Source of the DNA: Calcarisporiella thermophila CBS 279.70
Taxonomy: Eukaryota; Fungi; Calcarisporiellomycota
NCBI RefSeq assembly: GCF_041956535.1
Contig: NW_027192192.1
Span: 183,051 to 247,050 of the forward strand
Direction: 5' to 3'
DNA: 64,000 bases
Shown: piece by piece, positions 38,937-51,090 of the stretch
Layout: every line of letters starts with the position of its first letter
Position numbering within the stretch: the first letter of the stretch is position 1
Position numbers and translations under genes: made by a program
Notes under the pieces: model-generated
Seen by the model: only the letters and a program-made list of their open reading frames with translations
Told to the model about the DNA's origin: nothing
Databases searched by the model: none

Positions 38937-40017
38937 ATGCCATTTCAATACTTTCGATTCATCCGACCTCCACCACGTCAGATTGCTCCTAATCAACGCT
39001 TTAAACTCATTTATTCTCTCACTAATGATTTAGGCGATGAATCCTACTCTCCTCCCTTTGATCCGCGTTTCTCTCTTATTGACAGTTGCACCCATGCCGA
39101 AATCGAAGGAGCGTGCAGGCTTGTGAAGAAGCTAGAGAAGGGAACCCCCGGAGAAAATATTGTGGAGGTTGCGATCTCAAACACATTAAGCATCGGAATT
39201 AGAGTGAAGATCAGAATAGACATCGGGAAAGAGATATCTGGAGGCCTAAGCCAGTTCGTTGGAAGTCAGAACGGCCAGGTGGTGGTGATTCCCGTTCTAA
39301 GTGCCGATATTTCCGTTGTAAGGGCGAATGCTCCAGTATCAAACACGTTGGTGTTGCAAGCAGAGCGACATTTTTATTTGCCTGACAACCGATGTGCTAT
39401 TGTGAGTGAGGAAACTGGACACAGCATTGCACGGCGCATATGGTGATTACTGTATCTAACTATCATTTTCACCCTAATTTCCTAATCTTTGGCCTCTCAG
39501 GGACTGTGGCGTCATGCTGGCCTGGATCTTCACGGATAAGACCTTTGTAAAACAACTGGGTGTGGACGCGTCCACACGCTTTCTTGAACTAGGGGCTGGC
39601 TGCGGTCCTGTGTCAATTGTGGCCGCTTCCATTCTTTCCGCCCATTTTACGCTGACGGACGTCGAGGAAGCAATTCCGCTTCTTCATCAAAACTGTACAC
39701 AGAACTCCCTCAAAGCGGACGTGGTGGAGCTTGACTGGGGTCAATTAAACGATGAAGTCGTAGGGAGAGTAGGGGGAGTGGATGTGATCTTGCTTGCCGA
39801 CGTGCTCTATAATGAGTCTAGCCATGGCATCCTCCTCGATACCCTGTGTTGGTTTAGCCGCCACATCAACCCCCGCATCAAAATAGTTCTGGCCTATAAA
39901 TTTCGACATGAGTCCGAGTTGAATTTTTTCGATATGCTAAAGCCGCATTTTTCGCGCAAGAAACTGCGCCAGGAGATGGACATCTGCGTATACCTGTTAG
40001 AGCCCATTCCTATCTAA
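38937..40017 (+). CDS. SAM-dependent protein methyltransferase (Methyltransf_16 / METTL21-like), 2 exons
   Basis: SIARRIW|DCG, FLELGAGCG motif I, LTD, ELDWG, ILLADVLY, AYKFRH. Confidence 0.9.
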
Positions 40018-40120
40018 GGGCGTATTTGAGTCGGGTGAGAACTGGATTGAGGGATGTGTTTATTCTGTATGTAGGGTCACTAACTAGAAATAAATTATCA
40101 TGCACATGGATAAACAAAGT

Positions 40121-41877
40121 TCATTTTTCAATCGCAAGCATGCGTCTAAACTGGATATTCTGAGCGCTTGTGCTTTGTTCCCAGGCTTCCATACGAGCAA
40201 GTTCCACCAGCAGCTTTTCGCATTCTCGTAGTTCGCGAGTCTCTTCCTGGATGGTGCGATATGTATTCTTAAGTGCCTTGGCGAAATCCTGGATCTGATA
40301 AGAAGAAACGTGAATATTCTGAATAGAGCAAAATAGAGTAGGTATTCAGCGACAAACCAGCTCAGTTCCGGCTCCTCCTTCAAGGAGATTGCTCTCTAAT
40401 AATTGCGCCAACTGGTCGAGCTGTTCTTGCAATGCATCTATTTTAGTTCAAATTAAAAATGGGTGTTAATGAACGCTACGCAGAGCGCTTCTTCACATTG
40501 AATAGAAAACGTTACCAAGGTTTTGGATGCTGATTTGGGAAATGGGCATGACTGAGGTTGTTCGTGCGAGCGCCTCCGCATATGCAACATACTTTTCAGT
40601 AAATGTATTGAGCTCGTCAAGAATCGCGTCTAAATTCTCTTGCTATCTCATCATAGCCATTAACCACCGAGAGCTCACAAACTTTCTAAGTGGAACTAAC
40701 CTGAATACGGAGAATATGGTCTACTGCATAAATCTCTTTTTCTAGCTTTAGTTTCCGCTCCTCACGCATGATCTCTTCATTCATGTCGCGCACCATCTTC
40801 CATACTGCTAGCAACTGCTCCTACAAGCAAATCAATTCATTTTAATAATTTTTCAGTAAAACCTGGTGAAATAAAAATTCTTCCTACCTCTGCTTGGATT
40901 TTCTGTTGTTCAAACGACCATGCACTCCGTGCGTTGAGGAAACACCATTGTGTCAGACGCGTCTGTAAATGAGAAATCTCCTCTTCGTTATTTAGTGAAT
41001 CTTTTGCTGGCTGCGAAGTTTTTAGCTGAGGGATACGAAGGGGTGGTTTGCCTCGAAGTTGGGCAGTCGGCGAAGTTTTAGACGAAATAGACAAACGGGA
41101 AGTGGGAGCATCTGAAGCAGAATCAGGTGGCATGCAAGAATTGGTATCCGTATTAGGGGGTTGAGTCGAAGTTTTATGCATCTGTCTATCTGCCTCCATT
41201 GTAGAGGTTTCTTTTGGCTTAGCAGGAATGTTTTTAACAGCGTGAATCTGTCTACCCTCAGACTTTTCAGGTAGTGTAGATGGTTTGGCAAACGTAGAGC
41301 TGCTTGTCGTTGATACCTGTTTTCTAGAATCCCTATTACTGACTCGTTGACCTATTCTCTCTTTTACTAAGTTATTTGTGGCAGTATGGGTTTGAGTAGC
41401 AGATGCAGCCGAAGATTTAACTTGGGGGGGTATTGTCCTCGTTGTGGAAGAAGTTGTCGATTGCATATAGCGAGAGGCAATCACACGTCCAGTCACTACG
41501 CAAATATTTGAATTCAAATATTGCCTCAAAAAACAATGCGATGTTCATACAGACCTTTCTTCGGCTTTGAATCGGCTCCCTCTTTCTCCTTTTCTATCGC
41601 GCCCACCCTCTGTCGAACACTCTCCACTTTAGTTACATTCTGAGCTCTTGATTCGCTAATCAATTTTGTCTTATCCTGCGCGATTGTTGACGCCGGCCTG
41701 CGTCCTGTCACGTTTGCAGAGAGGGTAGTAGATCTATATTCAAGAAGTTAGACGCGTTTGAGCGAAAATCAGTATACGATGTCTTAAGGCTGACTTAGTA
41801 TTAGTGCTTATAGGACGTGGTTTGAGATTTGTTTTCACGGCTCCGCCAGAAGATCTTGATGTTGCTTTTTGTTCCAT
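40121..41877 (-). CDS. Augmin subunit HAUS8/QWRF-like protein, multi-exon
   Basis: Basic Ser/Thr-rich N-terminus containing VIASRYMQ, then LQTRLTQWCFLNARS...FEQQKIQAE|EQLLAVW and a coiled-coil C-terminus. Confidence 0.6.
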
Positions 41878-42013
41878 TTTGATATTGAATGAATTTATAG
41901 TTTCAAGAAATAGAAGAAAAAAATTGAAAAAAAAAAAATGTAACGCGTCAAATTTGGAAAATAAATAATTAGATGGAAATAACGAAGAAAGTTCTAATTC
42001 TTGCTCTATTCTA

Positions 42014-43275
42014 CTATAGCTGCTCTTTGGCAAAGGCCTCGGCAACTATCAAGGGGAATACTACTGTCGCATCCGCATACACCTTCACGCTCTCAGCACC
42101 TGATCTGATCTTCCCCCAACTCACTGCTTCGTCTGGGCGTGCTCCGCTGTCACTGCCATCAAATTCTTGCGCAGTGTTCACGTACACCGCAAAATCGGCC
42201 CCATTTCTCATGAGGTTTGCATTGCAAATGTGATGCTTTACCACCCCTCCCCCCAGAATGATCATCCCAGTTTTGCGGGCGCGAACTGCGAGGGTGTTAA
42301 TGGCTCGAATATCGGACGCAATATCGACTATCAGCCCAGGGTTCTTATATGAATGGAAGTAGATCATATCTCCGAGCGAACCATCTGTCAAAGCGGGGCA
42401 GAACACGGGAATATCGTTCTAGCATGATCGAGAGCACATCATGAGCATAAGCTTATAGGCAACTGAATATAGATCATTGAATCCAACAATTTACCTTGTA
42501 TGCCCAGTAGTAGATAGAATCAGGATGGTTAATCTCTTTCCCTAATCGTGCAATGATTTTCGAAGGGCTCCATATAGTCCCTTCCTTCTTTTGCTCCTCC
42601 AGCATTTGATCCAGGAGGGGCACCACCCAATCTTCAAACTTGCAATAGTTGTCGTTCGGAACCAATAAATTCCCAATTCGATTCAACCCGCGCCGGCGGA
42701 GGTCTGCACCGTCAAGGTGGAATGACCCGAGGAAGGTTGGACCAAGACACTTGATGAAATCTTCCTCTATCCCACCCGCTGTAGTAACGAGACAATCAAC
42801 CATACGATGCTGAACAAGATATTTTATAATTTCACGCAAGCCTGAGGAGACAAGATTAGAGGTATAACCAAGGAAGATGCGACAGCGAGTCTCAGAACGA
42901 ACTTTGGGATCAAGGTACTCCTCATTTTCATCAGGAAGAATTGGTTCGTCTGATAGTCTCCATTTACGCTTTATATTACCATGGAGATTAGCTGAGCTGG
43001 ATTCACAAAAGAACGATTCTGTTCAATATCATTACCATTTGCTTGATAATATCGATCGCTTTCCCTAAACTGCTCGCTTGAAATCCGATTCGCTCATATG
43101 ACCGTAGTAATTCCGAAAACGATAATGGGTGGTTGAAGTCAGGTCCAGAAATTGGCACTGCATCATCGGGCATCGGTTCAGATTGCACAAGCACTGCCTG
43201 TGCAGCGAGAGTAGGAGGTTCTTCTTTAGTAGTTGAGACTGCTCCGTTGACTGTTGTTGATGTTGGCTGTGTCAT
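42014..43275 (-). CDS. DYS1: Deoxyhypusine synthase
   Basis: [82 protein letters not shown]. Confidence 0.97.
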
Positions 43276-43392
43276 TGGTATGGTGGAGAGAATAATTTAG
43301 GAAAGAACTATTTACACCAAATGAATTAACAGTCCCAATTAATTTTTCGGCGTAGTCACGCCCTAATGTTATTTCTACATACACGTACTCCT

Positions 43393-44861
43393 ATGTCTCC
43401 AACAGAATATGGTCTTCTCCCACTAGATCTCTTGCTTCTTGTCACTGATCTTATATGTGAAGCTAGTACTAATAGCCCCTCCATCCACTGGGATGAGAGT
43501 ACTTTTTCTCGTATTTTCACACGCTTTCAAAAAGTGGAAAGCGAAGCTCAGTCCTTATCTTTAGAGGAGTTAGATAAACGATGGGAGGCATATAAAGTGG
43601 AGTGTGTGCGCACTAACCGTCGAGTGATGACCAAGGAAGAAATATTGAATGCATCGCAGGCATTGTTTAGAGTATTGATTTCAAATCCACATTTATCGCA
43701 AGAAAAATGGTTTTATGTTTTGAGGACATACCGCAAGCATTATCCTTCGAAAAGGATCTACCAAGAGCGGATAGCGGAGGTTGGAAGCGTTTTTCTTGTA
43801 TTCCAACATATCATAGCGAGAATTAGCGGCTTTAACGTTATTTTAATAGGACTTTCAGGAACTCTCTCAGACGTTTGCCATCGGTGATGTTATGTCGGGG
43901 ATTCAGTCATTTTTATTGAATCAGACTACAACGACAATCGCTGAGCACGGCGAAACAGAGCCCTTACTAGGTAGATATAATGCACCTTACCTTTCACAAG
44001 TGGTTTATTCATTTTTTTTTTCAATAGCTTGCTCCTACAGGCTTTCGCCGTTGACAATCACTCGCAGAGCTGCGGCTAGAACATTATTGGAGCACTTTAG
44101 GCTAGAAGAAAATAGCATAGCTATATCCAGATCTTTGAAAGAATTTGCCACCCGCGTTCCTGATGGAATAGTACCTTTTGTATTGTTTCTGTTCAAACAT
44201 CTCTATTACTACTGACTTCGGGGCTTTCCATTTTTGATAGGATATAATCGCACACGCGCTTTTGCTCACTAGCGAGTATTCTAGAGATGACACTTTAAAA
44301 AATCACTTAACGTCTTGGATATTTTCTGTGGCCAGAGATAAAAGCTCAGCCCAAGTGTCCTCTCTAAGCGAACACTTTTGGGGCATGCACCCTTGGCTTC
44401 TTGCCCGCCTTACTTATTTTCTTCCCCCAGAGTTCTCGTCTCTGTATATATCGGTTCTTACTAGTGATCTGTTGGCTACACATCGTGCTATAACAAGTGC
44501 TACGATCGCCGATGCCGCGGCATATTTGTATCACGACAGATTAATACAATTAGGGGCGCCATTAAAGAAACAATTGCCAAAAACTTCGATTGAGAAATTT
44601 GAGGGCGAGATCGAGCGGTGGGTGACCCTATTTCTCTGTGGTGAATCTTGTGCAAGCAGACAGGCAGTTGAGAGGATAATGCAGGAATGGAAGTACACCC
44701 ACAAGCCTTTGATGGAAAATATCCTTGCTGATAAGCGTCTACCAGACGAGGTGCGTGTAAGGTATAGGAGGGTGTGCACAGGGTTTGAAAAAAGAATTGG
44801 GGCTGTGGCATCGGCAACGGAAATTGAAATGGAAGATAAAGCTTTTGTAAATAACAGTTAG
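43393..44861 (+). CDS. Helical protein, probable FANCF-like; multi-exon
   Basis: N-terminal ASTNSPSIHWDESTFSR and LFRVLISNPHL, and C-terminal HPWLLARL...PEFSSLYISVLT, resemble recalled FANCF segments; start could instead be 43366. Confidence 0.5.
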
Positions 44862-45053
44862 AGAATGCATTCTATAGCCTTATTTACTTTACAATGGGGG
44901 TTAAAATATATATGGTGTAATATGCCAATTATCATTATAAAAGAGTAAAGCGCATAGGAGTTCAGTTGAGGATTAGATAATAAAAGATAGGCACTCTTTA
45001 ATATACCGTGTTTCCCTCTGCTTTTCAGTATCCAGATGCCTTGCTAATAGATA

Positions 45054-45573
45054 TCATACCGTGGTCGACGCGCTCGCGGCTGAAGACTTTCCTTGTTGTT
45101 CCAAAAATTTCTTTCTTGCCTGCAATACCATGTATTCCTTCCGCTTCATCAATAACTCTTGCCGCTTATCTGGATTTGCTTCCCACACCCGCGGTGGCTC
45201 GATGACTTCATCCTCCTTTTGTATTGCATCATGCATTTTGTAACGGTGTACGAGAGAAGGGGATGAGGAGTGTGTGGAAGTCGAGATGGAAGAAGAATTG
45301 GAACGAGCGGTGGAATCGGGGGTCGCGGATCCCGATGGAGGAGTGTTGCGAGGAGGGGTGCGAACAGGATTCCTTCGTGGCTGCTGATTCGCTCTGGCAT
45401 CTCCGGAGTTCGAAGATGACGAATCGCCTAAGACATAGAATAATTTGTGAAAGGCAGTTAAATGGCTGAAATTCGCAATGTCAAGATAGAGAAACTGGGT
45501 AACTACCCATTAACCAACGGAATGCAAACACCACCACAAATATGGCTGCTAGAATGGAGATTGTATCGTTCAT
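45054..45573 (-). CDS. Cue1/Cue4-like ER membrane protein (TM plus Ubc7/Ube2g2-binding helix, no CUE domain), 2 exons
   Basis: MNDTISILAAIFVVVFAFRWLMG|DSSSS...SLVHRYKM...WEANPDKRQELLMKRKEYMVLQARKKF; intron about 45429-45506. Confidence 0.75.
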
Positions 45574-45741
45574 CACTTATAAAATCAACCCCTCTCTGAC
45601 AAAAGAAGAGAAAGAAAGTGAGGGGAAGGTATTTTGATTTGTTGGGTGGCTTGATTTTCACAATTTCAATCTATACAACTCACACATTCACTCGCCTTTC
45701 TCTATTTCTTTCCTTAAAACTTTAATCCTCTTCACTGCAGA

Positions 45742-47274
45742 ATGGAAACGATGGCAACTGGGGAGGATACACATCATAATGAATCTATTCCTTCCCATGG
45801 ATTTAAAAAATCTCTCAACGGACATTTGGATAGTAGCCATTTACCGTCAGTAGAAGGGGAAACTGGAGACGCAAACAATATCAACAATTCCCGTCCTGCT
45901 TCAACAGCCGAAACACCTGCTCCTGATTCGGAATCATCGCCTATAGAGTGTCTCTGTCAACAGATCCTAGTGAGTCCAGAATCACGCATCTGCCATCTCT
46001 GCAATCGTGTTATCCAATCAGTTGCAGCGCTACAGCAAGATCGTCTTGCATTCCGCGATGAACTCGAAGCTACTAAGCGCAAACTTACAGATGCTGAGGC
46101 TAAAGCAGTTCGCCTAACGAATGAATCAGCCAAGTTGCGTACTCGTATTGAAGAACTTGAAGATGCAGCAGATGCGCGTGCCGATGAGTTGGAGGCGCTG
46201 AAACGCGATCTTAAAATATTAAACGAGAAGTATGTGGATGAAATTGAAAAGGTAGCAGAAATACAGCACTCAAAGGACATGGTGGAGAATGAACTGGAGG
46301 AGTTGAGCCAACGTCTCTTTGAAGAGGCAAACGGCATGGTGGCATCAGAGGCAAGGCAGCGGCATGAACTGCAACTGGTTAGAAATCAGCTTGAAACCCA
46401 GCTGCAGGAGACTCGCGAACGCCTTGCGGCGGAATCGCAGCAGCTTCAGGAGTTGCGTAAACGAATGGAAGAAATGGCCCAGCAGCAACCGGCCAATGCG
46501 ACAATGGGAGAAGAGAGCGGTTCTAAGCGTGTCAGCGTGCACAATCGCGCGAGCGTGGACTTTGCGGAATTATTGGGGCTGAGACAAAGAATTGCTCCCA
46601 TTAATACAGAGGGTGATGGTAGTCAACAAGTGGATGAAACTCTGATTGCGGAGTTTAAGGAGTTCATCACGGTGGGCCGCTCCACCTTACTCAAACGCCT
46701 GCATTCACTACCATTTATGAAGCATTGCCTCGAAGAAGATATTGAACCCTGTCTACGCTTTGGTTCAAACCCTCGTGTTAATCCTAGAAAAATTGCGGAT
46801 GCTATCCTCTACAACGCATGTTTTATTGAAGGGGCACCGCCTGGGATGATGGAAGAAATTGCAAAATCAGAACAAGGGTTGCGCAACTCAGCACTACGAC
46901 CGATGCTATGGGAGAGATTTAGCGACCCAGGACCTTTCCTAGGCTGCCAGGCCTGCGGTCGAACTGGCGAGATGAAATTCCGGTTCCGTATTTCCAGTTT
47001 AGATGACTGGCTCCCCATCGACCAGTATTGCCGAGACCGCCTAGTGGCTGTGGGCGAATTTTATGTCTTTATCCGAAATTTGCACCAAGGCCTCTACGAA
47101 TCTAGATCAATTCAGGACCTGTATGCGGAGTGTTTCCGTCTACGACTTCAGATGTTTTATGCTCGGCTTGGCGCATTCCCAAGGCTACGTTCGGGAATTG
47201 ACATGCGACCTCTTAGTGTAGGGCCTCCACCCTCGGACGATGCGTCGAGTGAATCTAACAAGAATGAATCCTAA
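45742..47274 (+). CDS. SEC2: Sec2/Rabin8-family Rab GEF
   Basis: Coiled coil with ENELEELSQRLFEEANGMV signature; EEDIEPCLRF; C-terminal CQACG...CRDRLVAV.EFY.FIR. Confidence 0.92.
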   Translation: METMATGEDTHHNESIPSHGFKKSLNGHLDSSHLPSVEGETGDANNINNSRPASTAETPAPDSESSPIECLCQQILVSPESRICHLCNRVIQSVAALQQDRLAFRDELEATKRKLTDAEAKAVRLTNESAKLRTRIEELEDAADARADELEALKRDLKILNEKYVDEIEKVAEIQHSKDMVENELEELSQRLFEEANGMVASEARQRHELQLVRNQLETQLQETRERLAAESQQLQELRKRMEEMAQQQPANATMGEESGSKRVSVHNRASVDFAELLGLRQRIAPINTEGDGSQQVDETLIAEFKEFITVGRSTLLKRLHSLPFMKHCLEEDIEPCLRFGSNPRVNPRKIADAILYNACFIEGAPPGMMEEIAKSEQGLRNSALRPMLWERFSDPGPFLGCQACGRTGEMKFRFRISSLDDWLPIDQYCRDRLVAVGEFYVFIRNLHQGLYESRSIQDLYAECFRLRLQMFYARLGAFPRLRSGIDMRPLSVGPPPSDDASSESNKNES

Positions 47275-47774
47275 AATGGTTCAGATACACCTATTTCGGC
47301 GGGTTTTGTTTCTTTTCCTCTCCTCCTTAGTTAGAGCTATATATACAGGTTATTATATTTTGGTATTTCTACATTTTTATTATTTTGTTTTTTTTTGAAT
47401 ACTGCGATATATGAACAGACTTTTCATTTCCCCCTCCTTCTCCTCTTCCACCTCTTTTCCTTTCTCGCCTTTTATTTTAAGATATTTTTTGTTCTACTAT
47501 TTCTTTTTTTTATTCTTACGTTTCCACATTTTTTTTCCTAATTTTTTTTTTCTTGAAAAGGTGAGTTTTACCTTTCTACGATGCTCTTGATCTCTTTATA
47601 CTTCTATTCTCTTGATTGTATCATAAATTAAGTAGGGAATAATAGTGGCATTTTATCGATATTGGAATTTCCATAGGAGGTATACAAAATGAAGCGATTA
47701 AGCCACCATCGAAATATAACACTTCCTTAACGGAATAGGACTCGGGAATATTCTTATAAATTTTAGATCGACTA

Positions 47775-49378
47775 ATGTCTAAATTAAAGTCAAGTGCGGA
47801 TTTCAAGAGCGTATTAGCAGATCTTGATGATTGGCGTAAATCCATCCGCGCTAAAGATCAGTACACTAGCTCTGCAACGAAGTCGAATGTGGAGGCTGTC
47901 TCCGCGAAGTCCGCAAGTAAGATAGAAAACGTTAAATCTGAAGGTAGCACTGAGAGAAATGAAAAGAGGTCAATTGTTGAAAAAGAAAAGGTTTTTTCAA
48001 TAAAAACAAAATTATCGGTCTGCCAAAATTCGAGCTACTGACCTCTGATCGCATAGGGAAATGAATTCTTTAAAAATGGAAAATTCGAAGATGCTATCCA
48101 ATGCTATACAACTTCAATCGCTTTCGATCCCAAAAATGCCGTCTCACTTATAAACCGTGCAATGGCATACTTGAAGCTAAAAAGGTTTGCATTTTTTTTA
48201 GTGTTTATACTTTTGAATATTGTCTCAACTATTCCATAGATATAAAGAGGCGGAAAAAGATTGCACAGTGGGCCTAGGTCTTCAGCCGGACAACGTTAAG
48301 GCATTGTGGAGAAGAGGTATCGCTCTCAAGGAACAAGGAAAATACAAGGAAGCCCGACAAGGTTAATATCTCTACCCGATGTTACTGTTTTGCTATTCAC
48401 TACGAAAGGAATTGACTTTTTTCTCTTGATATTCTTCCTGAATTTCAACAGACTTCCAAAGAGCTCTCGATATCGAACCTGGTAATAAACAAGTGTTTGC
48501 CGAGCTTTCCAAACTTCCAACCGAAGTAGCTCCCGACGAGCTACTCAAGCCGATGGCGAGCAAAAAGATGGTGTCTCCATCTCAACAAGGTAAAAGCTTA
48601 GAGCCCGAGGCAATGGTAGATCGCCCAGAACGAAGAAGGCTTGTAATCGAAGAAGTGGACACATTTGAAGCAAAAAAAGATGAGAAAAAGTCGGGAGAGG
48701 TATTAGTAGCGCCATTGAAAACGAGTTCCTCCGTTCAATCCGCTATCACCCATAGCACCGGTATAAAGCTGCCCGAGGTTAATGCCGAAGTAAAGACCCA
48801 AGCGCCGCGAACCACCTATGAATTTGAGCGTGATTGGCGTACCTATCGGCGAAATGAAAAACTTCTCTATCAATATCTCAAGGTATAACGAGCTTTCCTT
48901 TGAAACACATGTCACCAATTCTAAATTGTAATATTTCTATTTTCCGTGTAGTGCATACCCCCATCTTCTTTCGGGAACCTCTTCCGATCCTCGTTCGAGT
49001 CTGAATATCTCACCAAATTCATAGAAGTTCTGAAAAACTATTACATTCCGTAAGTATTGACATGTTTTTTTTCCCTCCGTATGTGAGCATTTTTTTAACA
49101 CATTTCTTGTCTATATCTCTCAAGAAATGACTCAGCAACTGAGATATACAATGTGCTGAAGGGGCTTTCACAAGTTCAGCGATTCGAGATGGTAACGATG
49201 TTTTTGAGTTCGAGCGAAAAACAAGGTATGTATAATCGTAACCTTTTTATATCCGCTTTAACGTTATTTTAAATGTTATTTATTTCAAGCTCTTCTCCAA
49301 ATCTTTGATCACATCCAATCTGGAGAGGAGGTATCTGCCGAAGATTTAGAAAAGTTGAAGAAGAAATGGGGGTGTTAG
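47775..49378 (+). CDS. RPAP3/SPAG1-like TPR co-chaperone (R2TP), multi-exon
   Basis: EKEK|GNEFFKNGKFEDAIQCY, NRAMAYLKL, VKALWRRG carboxylate-clamp TPRs; PRTTYEFERDWR and RFEMVTMFLS (RPAP3_C). Confidence 0.88.
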
Positions 49379-51090
49379 ATATTATCTTTTCCGCTATTTC
49401 TTTAATAAAAAACAATAATGCATCTCCAAGTTCTTTCGCTATGATCGGGCGACTTACCTATTAAACCGAAGAACAATGTTGAATATAAATATGACCTATG
49501 TGTGTATGTAACGATAAAATTCCTCAAATTTGATTCCGGTCGTAAGAAAAAAAAAACAATTATGAAGAGTTTTGCTAAGAAATGTAGGGTGGTCACATAT
49601 CTATCAGACATAGGTATAGAGAGCAACAGAGTGCCTCTCATAATGTCTCAAGCTATTGGGGAGTTATTTTTTCACAAATGGTTTTAATTTTTTGCCATGA
49701 TGTTCTGAAGTTGTATATATTCTGACTAGTTCATATGAAGTGGATTATGGTGACCTTAATCTCCGGTTATTGTATTCGTAATCTGACCCCTCGGCAGTCA
49801 GGTAAAATTATGATCAGAGTGTGATAATTGATGTGCTTCTAGTTGAAAGAAAAGCTTCGTTTCCACTGTAAAAGTACTTAGATATAGATAGATGGTCATT
49901 CAACCAATGGAGCATGTTGTGTAAACAATTTGCCTATTGTCACCCCGATATATCTTCAGGTCACTGCTCGAATACTTTAATATTGCAATTATGGAATGCG
50001 ATTGATAGAAAAAAATTTTTTGAAACTTTATGAGACTATAGGTTTTGTATTCACTTAAGCCCAGCTATTTTATTCTATTAAATATTCTTACTCCGGCCCC
50101 ATAAGGAAGATGAAAATTTCTAGAATAAGAAGAGTCTGGTTTATTTCAGAAAGTTGGGCTAGGCTTGATGTAGCACCGAATTAGTTTCATGGGAAGAGCA
50201 TATCAAACAATGCAAAATCGATGCCTTTGTTTTAAAATCATTATATCAAATGCATAATGGCCAAGAGTCTCAGAGCATACGTAGCTTTCATTGCTGGTGG
50301 ATCTTTGGCGATCGCTATCTTGTTATAGTGGAGCCTCGGCAGCGGTCTATTTTGGGTCCAGGCCGTTGCTCTCATACCGGCGCAGGGGAGAAGAGTGCTG
50401 AGAAAAGCGGCACGGCAAAGGGGGCAAATCATAAAAGACATGAAAACGTAAAGCCATTAACCCCAAAACGGTCGATGCTCTGGGTTACTTCATATAGAAC
50501 GAAGTATGGCAGTACAGGATTTCTTCCAGTCAGATCCCACCCGTAGCAGATTTTGTCCCCCGTTGTGGATTGAGAATTGTGTACTTTGGTAACTATAGGG
50601 GAAAGCATGGAAGAGAACTTAGCATCTCGGCTCCCTTTTTATTTCTTTCTTTATTCTTTTTGTTCCACTACCACAGCAAGGCTTGTTCTTCATCTCGCAA
50701 TTCTTTTCGAGCTCCCACTGCCTTAATCTTAGAAGGGCCCCTTTTCCACGTTAGAAGACGACGAATTTGTTTTCTTCCGTGTGCTCTGATTTATTTTAAT
50801 CTTTCCCGCTTGCCGGCATCTCCCTTTTCCGATTTGATTTAATTTTTTTAGTTATACTTGGATCTGCGAGCACTATCCCCTTAAGCAATCATTTTGCGTT
50901 AATCATATATTCCACCATCAACATCAGATATAGCACCGATTCCTCATCATCGAAAGGTTAATCTATTTTTTGCAAACTGGCGCCGACATCCACATTTCGT
51001 TGCTTTGAGAGAGATCGCACTCCCCTTCCCCTCTTTATCTCTTACATCAGCAACTAATCCTCTAAGAATCTGGAGATTCTTCCGGTGCCA

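Noticed and set aside
39440-39446. TGA after ARRIW as possible selenocysteine or readthrough
   Set aside because: The TGA lies in a GT splice donor; splicing restores the conserved IWDCG motif.
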